From the NCBI GenBank assembly GCA_964016885.1, contig OZ024764.1:9176001-9240000 (forward strand): 64,000 nucleotides of DNA. Direction: 5' to 3'. Below are positions 41,102 to 54,470 of the stretch, one piece after another (the stretch's first letter is position 1; every line of letters begins with the position of its first letter). Source of the stretch: Eledone cirrhosa (taxonomy: Eukaryota). The notes beneath the pieces were generated by a model. The model was not told where the DNA came from, searched no databases, and was given only the letters and a program-made list of their open reading frames with translations. Both the position numbers and the translations under genes were made by a program.

Positions 41102-42648
41102 GTGTAAGTGTCATCAAGGTGGTGGTAGTAGTGGTAGTAGTGTAGGTGACATCAAGGTGGTAGTGGTAGTAGTGTAGGTGCCATCAAGGTAGTAGTAGTA
41201 GTGTAGGTGCCATCAAGGTAGTAGTAGTAGTAGCAGTAGTGTAGGTGCCATCAAGGTAGTAGTAGTAGTAGTGTAGGTGCCATCAAGGTAGTAGTAGTAG
41301 TAGTAGTAGTGTAGGTGCCATCAAGGTAGTAGTAGTAGTGGCAGTAGCAGTAGTGTAGGTGCCATCAAGGTAGTAGTAGTAGTGGCAGTAGCAGTAGTGT
41401 AGGTGCCATCAAGGTAGTAGTGGCAGTAGCAGTAGTGTAGGTGCCATCAAGGTAGTAGTAGTAGTGGCAGTAGCAGTAGTGTAGGTGCCATCAAGGTAGT
41501 AGTGGCAGTAGCAGTAGTGTAGGTGCCATCAAGGTGGTAGTGGTAGTAGTAGTAGCAGTAGTGTAGGTGCCATCAAGGTAGTAGTGGTAGTAGCAGTAGT
41601 GTAGGTGCCATCAAGGTAGTAGTAGTAGTAGCAGTAGTGTAGGTGCCATCAAGGTAGTAGTGGCAGTAGCAGTAGTAGTAGTGTAGGTGCCATCAAGGTA
41701 GTAGTAGTAGTAGTGGTAGTGTAGGGTGCCATCAAGGTAGTAGTAGTAGTAGTAGTGTAGGGTGCCATCAAGGTAGTAGTAGTAGTAGTGTAGGTGCCAT
41801 CAAGGTAGTAGTGGCAGTAGTGGTAGTGTAGGGTGCCATCAAGGTAGTAGCAGTAGTAGTAGTGTAGGTGCCATCAAGGTAGTAGTAGTAGTGTAGGTGC
41901 CATCAAGGTAGTAGTAGTAGTAGCAGTAGTGTAGGTGCCATCAAGGTAGTAGTAGTAGTAGTAGTAGCAGTAGTGTAGGTGCCATCAAGGTAGTAGTAGT
42001 AGTAGTAGTAGTGTAGGTGCCATCAAGGTAGTAGTGGTAGTAGTAGTAGCAGTAGTGTAGGTGCCATCAAGGTAGTAGTAGTAGTAGTAGTAGTAGTGTG
42101 CCATCAAGGTAGTAGTAGTAGTAGTGGTAGCAGTAGTGTAGGTGCCATCAAGGTAGTAGTGGTAGTAGTAGTGTAGGTGCCATCAAGGTAGTAGTGGCAG
42201 TAGCAGTAGTGTAGGTGCCATCAAGGTAGTAGTAGTAGTAGTGGTAGTGTAGGGTGCCATCAAGGTAGTAGTAGTAGTAGTGTAGGTGCCATCAAGGTAG
42301 TAGTAGTAGTAGTAGTAGTGTAGGTGCCATCAAGGTAGTAGTAGTAGTAGTAGCAGTAGTAGTGGTAGTGTAGGGTGCCATCAAGGTAGTAGTAGTAGTA
42401 GCAGTAGTGTAGGTGCCATCAAGGTAGTAGTAGTAGTAGTAGTGTAGGTGCCATCAAGGTAGTAGTAGTAGTAGTGTAGGTGCCATCAAGGTAGTAGTAG
42501 TAGTAGTAGTGGTAGTGTAGGGTGCCATCAAGGTGGTAGTGGTAGTAGCAGTAGTGTAGGTGCCATCAAGGTAGTAGTGGTAGTAGCAGTAGTGTAGGTG
42601 CCATCAAGGTAGTAGTGGTAGTAGCAGTAGTGTAGGTGCCATCAAGGT
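41102..42648 (-). repeat. Array of constant 17-mer GTGTAGGTGCCATCAAG separated by variable (GTA/GTG/GCA)n tracts (~45 units)
   Basis: Direct. Confidence 0.95.
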
Positions 42649-43169
42649 GCTTTTGTTGTTTGGATGAAAGCGTCCATGTTTCACTTCTATATATACAAAT
42701 AAAAAATATTTTGAGGCCACAGTATTCAGTGGTGTGCAGGCCAGGGTGATTACATAAGTTGGAAAGTAAACTGCGTTGAGTGCTTAATACTGTCTACACA
42801 TGATGAGTTGACCAACAAGTACAATGTGGAACCAACAACGGTTTAACTAACACAAAAGAACTAAATACATACATATATACTTGCTGTGACAATAAATTCT
42901 TTAGAATAACCCTTTAAATGAAAATGCACAACATATTGAAACTCAAATTTATTAATTCTACAAAACATAATCTCCATTGAATGTAGTAACATCTTTACAG
43001 TGCTTATGTAAAGCATTTAACTCTTTCTGGAACCATTCCTTCGGCAATTGTCAACCACTGCAACAATTCATCTACCACCTCTTCTAATGAAATGAAAACA
43101 AATTAGACTATAGGGGGGTTGTTTGATCATTGCCACTCTTCTCCTCTGGAAAATATCTTTTGTAGATTG

Positions 43170-44385
43170 ACCACATGTCAGCTGGGCCTTTGGAGATAGT
43201 TGCTGAGCTGTTGAAGGCATCTGGAATGGTGGGACATACTATGGTCACCCGTATAGTTAACCAAGTAATACAGAATGGGGTCATACCAAAAGACTGGTGT
43301 CGCAGCATCATCATTAACTGCTACAATGGTAAAGAGGAATCTCTAGATAGGGAAACTATAGAGGCATTAAGTTAGTTGACCAGGTCATGAAGGTCACAGA
43401 AACAGTTATAGTGCAACTAATCAGAGAGCGTATTGATCTAGATGAAATGCAGTTTGGGTTTGTGTCAGGTAAAAGTACCACAGACGCTCTTTTCCTTGTA
43501 CGACAACTACAGGAGAAGAACATAGCTAAAAGTAAACCCCTCTACTTAGCTTTTGTAGAACTGGAGAAAGCCTTTGACAGAGTCCCCTGCTCCATTATCT
43601 GGTGGGCTCTTAGAAAACTAGGTGTAGATGAATGGCTTGTGAGAGCTATACAAGCTATGTATAAAGAAACAATCAGCAAGGTTAGAATTAACAATGAATA
43701 TTGTGAAGAATTTAGTGTAAAAGTTGGTGTTCATCAGGGCTCTGTCCTTAGCCCCCTCCTATTTATTATTGCCCTTCAGGCTATAATAGAGGAGTTTAAG
43801 ACTGGTTGCCCATGGGAACTTCTATACGCAGATGATCTAACTCTCATAGCTGAAACATGGAAGCATGGCCTAGAATCAAAAGGCCTTAAAGTTAACTTGC
43901 CTAAGACTAAAGTTCTAGTTTGTAGAAAGGAAAATAGGGCACAGGTGCCCTCAGGGAAATGGCCATGTTTAGTGTGTAGGAAAGGAGTAGGCAGAAATTC
44001 CATTTTATGTCCCAAATGCAAACTATGGGTACATAAAAGATGTAGTGGGATCACAGGTAAACTATCTAAGAATGTAGATTTTATATGAGGCCGATGCTCA
44101 GGTGCAATAAGTAGCAAGTGTCCACAGGATACTAGCTCCTTCTACTGCCCAGATGGTTCTATAGAAATAGTGGACACTTTCTGTTACTTGGGTGACAAAA
44201 TCAGTGGTGGAGGGTGCTCTGAAAGTACAGTAGCTAGAGTCAGAACGGGATGGAAAAAATTCAGAGAGCTTATACTGCTGTTGGGCACTAAAGGTTTCTC
44301 TCTAAAAATGAAAGGCAGACTGTATGATGCCTACATACGAACAGCAATGCTACATGGCAGTGAGACATGGGCATTGCGTGAGGAA
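43170..44385 (+). mobile_element. RTE-clade LINE reverse-transcriptase remnant (frameshifts/stops)
   Basis: QFGF, LEKAFDRV, GVHQGSVLSPLLF, LLYADD, Cys-rich CxxC..CxxC..HxxC insert, FCYLGD, LHGSETW. Confidence 0.95.
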
Positions 44386-44528
44386 ATAACAAAGGTTTAT
44401 TTTCTTCCGATACAATAATACAAACACTAAAAGAAGGAAAAGCTGCTAGCATGCTGGTTAATTAAGTTGAACGAAAACAAAGTGTGTGAAATATAGGAAG
44501 AATGTTGCTGGGCCCTTGCCAAAGTTCC

Positions 44529-45370
44529 TGTGAAAATACAATAGTAAATATAGAGTAATGTAAATGTTATGTGAGATATTATGTGAGGTAAAGCCTTTAC
44601 TGTGAAAATACAATAGTATATATAGAGTAATGTAAATGTTATGTGAGATATGTGAGGTAAAGCCTTTACTGTGAAAATACAATAGTATATATAGAGTAAT
44701 GTAAATGTTATGTGAGGTAAAGCCTTTACTGTGAAAATACAATAGTATATATAGAGTAATGTAAATGTTATGTGAGGTAAAGCCTTTACTGTGAAAATAC
44801 AATAGTATATATAGAGTAATGTAAATGTTATGTGAGATATGTGAGGTAAAGCCTTTACTGTGAAAATACAATAGTATATATAGAGTAATGTAAATGTTAT
44901 GTGAGATATTATGTGAGGTAAAGCCTTTACTGTGAAAATACAATAGTATATATAGAGTAATGTAAATGTTATGTGAGATATTATGTGAGGTAAAGTCTTT
45001 ACTGTGAAAATACAATAGTATATATAGAGTAATGTAAATGTTATGTGAGGTAAAGCCTTTACTGTGAAAATACAATAGTATATATAGAGTAATGTAAATG
45101 TTATGTGAGGTAAAGCCTTTACTGTGAAAATACAATAGTATATATAGAGTAATGTAAATGTTATGTGAGGTAAAGCCTTTACTGTGAAAATACAGTATAT
45201 ATAGAGTAATGTAAATGTTATGTGAGGTAAAGCCTTTACTGTGAAAATACAATAGTATATATAGAGTAATGTAAATGTTATGTGAGGTAAAGCCTTTACT
45301 GTGAAAATACAATAGTATATATAGAGTAATGTAAATGTTATGTGACATATGTGAGGTAAAGCATTTACTA
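44529..45370 (+). repeat. Second array of the 72-bp minisatellite, with 60/70/72-bp unit variants
   Basis: Same unit as 24464-26162; many copies lack a 12-bp segment. Confidence 0.95.
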
Positions 45371-45589
45371 TATATATACATAAACAAGACTGTTATTGCT
45401 CCAACCAGTCTATTTACCTTCGATAATTATCCTAAATATAAATACACCTATACCATACATATACCATATATGTTGTTGATGCTGTGGTACAGCAGAGACA
45501 AGGAAGAAGAGAAATAAAAATGAAAAGGAGAAAAAGAAAGAAGTACAAAGTCAGGGGAGAGACAGACACTACACCCCAGTCCAAGCAGT

Positions 45590-45775
45590 CCCTCAGCTGC
45601 AACCCATGGAAGAAATGGCAAAAGCGTTACCTCGGAGAATGGTCAGAGACATCTGCTGCGACAGCAACCCCTCCTCACAGGACTCCTGCCATCTTTCCTC
45701 CTGACTTTATGGAGGTAATCAGCAGTGTGGGGACCAAGTATGTGGGTAATCAGCAGTGTGGGGTCACGACGGAGT
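45590..45775 (-). mobile_element. RLE-type (CRE-like) retrotransposon C-terminal fragment
   Basis: Minus strand reads ...LGPHTADYLHKV...LSQQMSLTILRGNAFAI, the terminal motif of RLE domains. Confidence 0.55.
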
Positions 45776-46707
45776 GGAAGAGGTGAGTCAGGCCTCAGTA
45801 TTTAACTATCTTACCCACCCCTACATTGTGTGCAGCAGAGCCCAGGTTTGGGGCCACAGCTATATTTGAACTTTTATATGAAATTTCAGTTTTGTATTTT
45901 TCACATCTTAAAACTTAATCTTAGTCTTTTGCAGCTCATCTCGTTTCATCTCGCGGTACACAGTTGGGGTACCCCTGTTCCAGAGACAGAAAGACTATGT
46001 TTTATGCAGGGCTTCCCTGAGATATAAAACTATTTCAAGAGATCCACATGGGTAAAAAGGTTGAGAAACGCTGCTCAATGTTCTTCGTTTTTTGTTCACC
46101 TTTAAATTTTAATCATGTATAAAATATCGTGTGTGCAAGATTTCATTAAAAGGTATAAACTTATTTCTGCTGATCTTGCAGGGGCTAGCTCCAATTGAGA
46201 GTTGTACCAATTCCCACTAAACCTGATACACCTGTAGGATGTAACTTCTTATGTATTGCGTCACATAAAACATAAACATATATCGCACATGTCAGATTCT
46301 AACTCACTATATTTGGCATTATCTAGATATAATTTGTTTGTTAAAATAATAACTAAACAAAATTAATTCTATAACCCTAGGTAGGGAATGAACTTATAAC
46401 TTCACAGTGGAAGCTACAAATTCGAACAGTCTTGTCAACTGAGCCACCAAGGAACTTATAAAATTGCTGTCAAATATAAAGCATTTAAATTTCAAATTCA
46501 AATAATTAAATACTTGTTGATATGATTGTAAATACAAATGCCGCAGATCACACACACACACATACATACATATATATACATATATACATACATACATATA
46601 TATCTATCTATATATATATATATATATATAACAAAGGAAATGTGGTAAGGAAGCAGATGGACCATAATGCACCAAAGTACTCAATACTTAGGGTAGTAGA
46701 GTGGGTA

Positions 46708-46832
46708 ATAGGAACGAGTAGGACCCCGACGGCTGAGCTCAAGTCGTTTCGACAGCTAATTCTGGACTCAGAGTCCAGAATTAGCCGTCGAAACGGCTTG
46801 AGCTCAGCCGTCGGGGTCCTACTCGTTCCTAT
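46708..46832. repeat. Near-perfect palindrome (~60-bp arms) at end of a repeat element (46630-46832)
   Basis: ataggaacgagtaggaccccgacgg...ccgtcggggtcctactcgttcctat. Confidence 0.9.
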
Positions 46833-47059
46833 ATATATTTATATATCTATCTATATATATATATATATATATATATATCAAAGCAAGTAAGTTTGTTTTG
46901 AAACAGCGATCGAAGTTTGAAACAACTTATATCTATATAACGCCAAACATAGTGAGTTCGTATCTGACTGACTAGTTGGTCATTGCCCCACCCAACAGTT
47001 TCAATCGACCTCTAGTGGGAGATATCAACCAGGTTGGGAAACCCTGGTTTAGTAGCCAC

Positions 47060-48680
47060 AGTTGTTACTACGTTAGACATATTCAGGACTTATTAAATAA
47101 TTATTTTTTCCAGCCTGTGGCGTTCGAGACGTTTGGTGGAGTTGGGCTGCTGACAGCGAAGTTCTTGTCATCACTGGCGGCTCACCTTACTGAGGTGTCA
47201 GGAGATGCCCGTGAGGGTGCCTGATTATTTCAATGCCTTAGCCTCACCATTACCTCACCTTACTGAGGTGTCAGGAGATGCCCGTGGGGGTGTCTGGTTA
47301 TTTCAATGCCTTAGCCTCACCATTACCTCACCTTACTGAGGTGTCAGGAGATGCCCGTGGGGGTGCCTGGTTATTTCAGTGCCTTAGCCTCACCATCACC
47401 TCACCTTACTGAGGTGTCAGGAGATGCCCGTGAGGGTGCCTGGTTATTTCAGCGCCTTAGCCTCACCATCACCTCACCTTACTGAGGTGTCAGGAGATGC
47501 CCGTGAGGGTGCCTGGTTATTTCAGTGCCTTAGCCTCACCATCACCTCACCTTACTGAGGTGTCAGGAGATGCCCGTGAGGGTGCCTGATTATTTCAGCG
47601 CCTTAGCCTCACCATCACCTCACCTTACTGAGGTGTCAGGTGATACCCGTGAGGGTGCCTGGTTATTTCAATGCCTTAGCCTCACCATTACCTCACCTTA
47701 CTGAGGTGTCAGGAGATGCCCGTGAGGGTGCCTGGTTATTTCAGCGCCTTAGCCTCACCATTACCTCACCTTACTGAGGTGTCAGGAGATGCCCGTGAGG
47801 GTGCCTGGTTATTTCAGCGCCTTAGCCTCACCATTACCTCACCTTACTGAGGTGTCAGGAGATGCCCGTGGGGGTGTCTGGCTATTTCAGCGCTTTAGCC
47901 TCACCTTACTAAGGTGTCAGGTGATACCCGTGAGGGTGCCTGGTTATTTCAGCGCCTTAGCCTCACCATCACCTCACCTTACTAAGGTGTCAGGAGATGC
48001 CCGTGAGGGTGCCTGGTTATTTCAGTGCCTTAGCCTCACCATTACCTCACCTTACTGAGGTGTCAGGAGATGCCCGTGGGGGTGTCTGGCTATTTCAGCG
48101 CCTTAGCCTCACCATCACCTCACCTTACTAAGGTGTCAGGAGATGCCCGTGAGGGTGCCTGGTTATTTCAGTGCCTTAGCCTCACCATTACCTCACCTTA
48201 CTGAGGTGTCAGGAGATGCCCGTGGGGGTGTCTGGCTATTTCAGCGCCTTAGCCTCACCATCACCTCACCTTACTAAGGTGTCAGGAGATGCCCGTGAGG
48301 GTGCCTGGTTATTTCAGTGCCTTAGCCTCACCATGACCTCACCTTACTGAGGTGTCAGGAGATGCCCGTGAGGGTGCCTGGTTATTTCAGTGCCTTAGCC
48401 TCACCATTACCTCACCTTACTGAGGTGTCAGGAGATGCCCGTGGGGGTGTCTAGTTATTTCAGTGCCTTAGCCTCACCATCACCTCACCTTACTAAGGTG
48501 TCAGGAGATGCCCGTGAGGGTGCCTGGTTATTTCAGTGCCTTAGCCTCACCATTACCTCACCTTACTGAGGTGTCAGGAGATGCCCGTGGGGGTGTCTAG
48601 TTATTTCAGTGCCTTAGCCTCACCATTACCTGTGGTAATGCTCCAAGAGTGTTGGCTTGCCTCAAAGTGTGTAGTTAACC
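47060..48680 (+). mobile_element. RLE-type (CRE-like) retrotransposon C-terminus with internal 73-bp tandem array (47181-48630, ~20 copies)
   Basis: YFFQPVAFETFGGVG...FLSSLAAHLTEVSGDAREGAWLFQCLSLTITCGNAPRVL; the unit covers HLTEV...LTIT. Confidence 0.85.
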
Positions 48681-49439
48681 CTTAAGGTGTGATGTATGGC
48701 CGATTGTGGCACTTGGTGGGGAATTGCTCTCACCCCCCTCTTTTTTCTTTCCTTTATCATTATTGTTCAATAAATTATATTATTATATTTTTATACACGG
48801 CTTAAACATTATATTTGTAATGTTCTGAACGAACTGCGAGCAATTTATAATGTTATTTACACATTTGTAATGTTATTTATGTATATATTTATATATTTAA
48901 AACATATTGTAATGTTATTCAATTGAAATTAAAGTTGTACTAAAGCCACAAATGTTTTTCTATTCTTTAAATAATTAGATACTTTTTTATATATTTGTAA
49001 ATACAAGTGCTGCAAAACACTCACACACACATATATATATATATACATACATGCTATAATCCAAGAGAACGAGAGAAGAATGAAGGACAGATATATACAT
49101 GGTAGAAATAACAGCGAAAGACCAGCAGAGAACAGAACGAAGTACACACACAAACACACACATATATTTATGTATGTATGTATATGTATAATGGAATTAT
49201 GTAATAAAATGAAGATGTACAAATAAAACTGTCTTTCTTATTTATTATACAAACACTTTTGATACCTTACAGAGAAAATCATAAGGAATACACATTGTAA
49301 AGTACTTTACTATATATATATACAGACACACATATATGTGTGTGTGTGTATATGAGTGCTTTACTATATATATATATATACATATACACACACACACATA
49401 TATGTGTGTGTGCGTGCATGAGTACTTTACTATATATAT

Positions 49440-50319
49440 ATGCAAACACACACATATATATTGTTTTGACTGCTATTTCTAGCATATATGGACACTTTAG
49501 AAATAGCAACGAATAACAGAAAGAAGGACACACACAATTATGTATGCATGTGTGTGTGTGTTTGTTATGCGGCCACATATATAATAAAGGCAGTGACCCA
49601 GCTTGGCCAGTTTAAAACGTGAAACAAATAAAATAATAAATAAATATGTAGGAGTAAAAGAATATGTATTGGGGCCGAAATTCACAATTAAATATATTCG
49701 ATAATGTGCCCCAGCATGGCCTTAGTCGATCGACCAACTCAGACCAATAATAAAATACTTTAAAATAAACTTAACACCCTAAAATTCAAGGTTACAACTA
49801 TATTACTGTAATATAATTTAGAAATCCTTTAATTAAACAAAGCTACGATGCAGCGATTATCAAAACAAACCCCAAAACGTAAACAAACTTCTCGTAGCGG
49901 CTGCCAGATACACGATAACCTGTGTAGACGAAGAGTAACGGGAAGTTTGGTAGCGTTATATCTCTTTCTAATTGGCCCCTATTATATTCAAATTGCCCCC
50001 TGTGGGGCGTGCACTCCTTGTTGAGAATCCCTGATTTATAAATATAAATAAGTGTGTTGTTATGACTGCTATTTCTAGCAGGTTTCTGGCTGTCCTGTAG
50101 ACGCATAAGAAAAACCGGAAGTGGCAGCCATTAAAAAACTTTGGCTTAAAATCAGCCAAAAGATTTTCAATAATAGTAAAATTTTATTTTTGACAAGGAC
50201 GATAACTTTTGTCTTACTTAATCGCAAAAATCGAGGCAAAAATTTTGCGGGTGTGCAGTTTACACGCTAAAATAAACCTGCTAGAAATAGCAGTCATAGC
50301 AACTTACATATATTTATAT

Positions 50320-50356
<37 letters not shown>

Positions 50357-52552
50357 ACATTTAGGTAATAGCAGCGAACATAAGAAAGAAGCACACACAC
50401 ACACATATATATATGTATGCATGCGTGTGTGTTATGCTGCCACATATATAATAAAGGCGGTGACCCAGCTTGGACAGTTTAAAACGTGAAACAAATAAAA
50501 TAATAAATAAATATGTGAGGCTGTATGTGTAGGAGTAAAAGAATATGTATTGGGGCCGAAATTCACAATTAAATATATTCGATAATGTGCCCCAGCATGG
50601 CCTTAGTCGATCGACCAACTAAGACCAATAATAAAATATTTTAAAATAAATTTAACACCCTGAAATTCGAGGTTACAACCATATTACTGTAATATAAATT
50701 AAAAATCCTTTAATTAAACAAAGCTACGATGCAGCGATGATCGAAACAAACCCCAAAAATGTAAACAAACTTCTCGTAGCGGCTGCCAGATACACGATAA
50801 CCTGTGTAGATGAAGAGTAACGGGAAGTTTGGTAGCGTTATATCTCTTTCTAATTGGCCCCTATTATATTCAAATTGCCCCCTGTGGGGCGTGCAGCCAT
50901 CGTTGAGAATCCCTGATATATAAATATACGTAAGTGTGTTGTTATGACTGCTATTTCTAGCAGGTTTCTGGCTGTCCTGTAGACGCACAATAAAAACCGG
51001 AAGTGGCAGCCATTAAAAAACTTTGGCTTAAAATCAGCCAAAAGATTTTCAATAATAGTAAAATTTTATTTTTGACAAGGACGATAACTTTTGTCTTACT
51101 TAATCGCAAAAATCAAGGCAAAAATTTTGCGGGTGTGCAGTTTACACGCTAAAAATAAACCTGCTAGAAATAGCAGTCATAGCAACTTACATATATTTAT
51201 ATATCATATATATATATATATGGACACTTTAGGTAATAGCAGCGAACATAAGAAAGAAGCACACACACACACACATATATATATGTATGCATGTGTGTGT
51301 GTTATGTGGCCACATATATAATAAAGGCGGTGACCCAGCTTGGCCAGTTTAAAACGTGAAACAAATAAAATAATAAATAAATATGTGAGGCTGTGTGTGT
51401 AGGAGTAAAAGAATATGTATTGGGGCCGAAATTCACAATTAAATATATTCGATAATGTGCCCCAGCATGGCCTTAGTCGATCGACCAATAATAAAATATT
51501 TTAAAATAAATTTAACACCCTAAAATTCGAGGTTACAACCATATTACTGTAATATAAATTAGAAATCCTTTAATTAAACAAAGCTACGATGCAGCGATTA
51601 TCAAAATAAACCCCAAAAGTGTAAACAAACTTCTCGTAGCGGCTGCCAGATACACGATAACTTGTGTAGACGAAGAGTAACTGGAAGTTTGGTAGCGTTA
51701 TATCTCTTTCTAATTGGCCCCTATTATATTCAAATTGCCCCCTGTGGGGGGTGCACCCCTCGTTGAGAATCCCTGATATATAAATATACGCAAGTCTGTT
51801 GTTATGACTGCTATTTCTAGCAGGTTTCTGGCTGTCCTGTAGACGCACAATAAAAACCGGAAGTGGCAGCCATTAAAAAACTTTGGCTTAAAATCAGCCA
51901 AAAGATTTTCAATAATAGTAAAATTTTATTTTTGACAAGGACGATAACTTTTGTCTTACTTAATCGCAAAAATCGAGGCAAAAATTTTGCGGGTGTGCAG
52001 TTTACACGCTAAAATAAACCTGCTAGAAATAGCAGTCATAGCAACTTACATATATTTATATAACATATATATATATATATGATATATATCAGCCAAACAC
52101 ACACACTTACATATGTACGTGTGTGTGTGTGTGTCTATATATATGTGTGTGTGAGTGTTTGACCGCTATATATATATATAGCAGCCAAACACGTACACAC
52201 ACACACACACACATACATGTATATATACATGTATATATACATGTATATATACATGTATGTGTGTTTGTGTGTGTGTCCTTCTCTCGTCTATGGCTGCTAT
52301 TTCTACATTTTCTTTTTTTTTGTAATTTTTCTCAGGATTTGCCTGGATTCGAACATGCGACCACCGTATTTACAACATAGAAACTTTACAGCTTTACTGA
52401 CTTTTAAGTAATCCAAGTTGTAACCCCGGATTTAGGGGTGTTTAATTTATTTCGAAGTATTTCATTATTGGCCTTAGTTAGTCGATCGACCAAGGCCATG
52501 CTGGGGCATATATATATATATGTATATATGTGTGTGTGTGTATATATATATA

Positions 52553-52585
<33 letters not shown>

Positions 52586-54125
52586 GTGTGTGTGTCCTTC
52601 TTTCTGTTATTCGCTGCTCTTTCTAAAGTGTCCATATATATATTATATATATATATATATATGATATATAAATATATGTAAGTTGCTATGACTGCTATTT
52701 CTAGCAGGTTTATTTTTAGCGTGTAAACTGCACACCCGCAAAATTTTTGCCTCGATTTTTGCGATTAAGTAAGACAAAAGTTATCGTCCTTGTCAAAAAT
52801 AAAATTTTACTATTATTGAAAATCTTTTGGCTGATTTTAAGCCAAAGTTTTTTAATGGCTGCCACTTCCGGTTTTTGTTGTGCGTCTACAGGACAGCCAG
52901 AAACCTGCTAGAAATAGCAGTCATAACAACAGACTTGCGTATATTTATATATCAGGGATTCTCAACGAGGGGTGCACCCCCCACAGGGGGCAATTTGAAT
53001 ATAATAGGGACCAATTAGAAAGAGATATAACGCTACCAAACTTCCAGTTACTCTTCGTCTACACAAGTTATCGTGTATCTGGCAGCCGCTACGAGAAGTT
53101 TGTTTACACTTTTGGGGTTTGTTTTGATAATCGCTGCATCGTAGCTTTGTTTAATTAAAGGATTTCTAATTTATATTACAGTAATATGGTTGTAACCTCG
53201 AATTTTAGGGTGTTAAATTTATTTTAAAATATTTTATTATTGGTCGATCGACTAAGGCCATGCTGGGGCACATTATCGAATATATTTAATTGTGAATTTC
53301 GGCCCCAATACATATTCTTTTACTCCTACACATACAGCCTCACATATTTATTTATTATTTTATTTGTTTCACGTTTTAAACTGGCCAAGCTGGGTCACCG
53401 CCTTTATTATATATGTGGCCGCATAACACACACACATGCATACATATATATATGTATGTGTGTGTGTGTGCTTCTTTCTTATGTTCGCTGCTATTACCTA
53501 AAGTGTCCATATATATATATATATGATATATAAATATATGTAAGTTGCTGTGACTGCTATTTCTAGCAGGTTTATTTTAGCGTGTAAACTGCACACCCGC
53601 AAAATTTTTGCCTCGATTTTTGCGATTAAGTAAGACAAAAGTTATCGTCCTTGTCAAAAATAAAATTTTACTATTATTGAAAATCTTTTGGCTGATTTTA
53701 AGCCAAAGTTTTTTAATGGCTGCCACTTCCGGTTTTTGTTGTGCGTCTACAGGACAGCCAGAAACCTGCTAGAAATAGCAGTCATAACAACACACTTATG
53801 TATATTTATATATCAGGGATTCTCAACGATGGCTGCACGCCCTACAGGGTGCAATTTGAATATAATAGGGGTCAATTTGAGAGTGATATACGAGCAAACT
53901 TCCAGTTACACTTCGCCTACACAGGTTGTCGTGTATCTGGCAGCACTTACGAGAAGTTTGTTTACATTTGGGGGCTTGTTTTGATAATCGCTGCATCGTA
54001 GCTTTGTTTAATTAAAGGATTTCTACTTTATATTACAGTAGTAACACTTTTACAAGACTTTGTTTCACATTTTAAACTGGCCAAGCTGGGTCACCGCCTT
54101 TATTATATATGTGGCCGCATAACAA
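49440..54125. repeat. ~860-880-bp composite unit: three tandem copies, then two inverted copies
   Basis: Homologous short ORFs at 50159, 51041, 51901 (minus) and 52827, 53688 (plus). Confidence 0.9.
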
Positions 54126-54259
54126 ACACATCCTTATCCATCGTTCATAGACTTACCGTCGCGTTAAGCGACTGAGAGTAGATGTCTCATCCTGGACATG
54201 ACGCCAGTCCATTCCAGGGTTAACTCTCCAGCTACTGCTGTAAACAACAACAATATCAA

Positions 54260-54470
54260 TAATAATCATTTCTGATTTAGGCACAAGGCCAGCAATTTGA
54301 AGGGGAGAGGAAAGTCGACTAAATCGAGCCCAGTGCATTACTGGTATTTTATTTTATCGACATCGTAACGATGAAAGGCAAAGCTAACCTCAAATCACGT
54401 CAAGGTTAACTCTGCCTTTCATCCTTAAGGGGTCGATAAAATAAAGTACCAGTAATACACTGAAGTAGAT
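54260..54470. mobile_element. Inverted pair of SINE A fragments
   Basis: Minus copy 54260-54392 followed by plus copy from ~54403. Confidence 0.75.

Larger units (their letters stand above)
39870..42685 (-). mobile_element. RTE-like LINE ORF C-terminus split by two tandem expansions
   Basis: With arrays collapsed it reads ETWTLSSKQQKHLDGTYTRLLRCIQNISW...EIYAGLPHIS...RVRFAGHCHRATSEAVSPLVLWKPQ...LSYPDVISRDSG. Confidence 0.8.

Noticed and set aside
41102-42648. CRISPR-like repeat-spacer array
   Set aside because: Spacers are just (GTA/GCA/GTG)n, the repeat derives from RTE codons, there are no cas genes, and the context is eukaryotic.
49843-54001. Multi-copy small protein family (MADFKPK.../MRLQDSQ...)
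   Set aside because: Mostly non-ATG starts, overlapping frames and frame-altering differences between copies; by-product of the 860-bp repeat.
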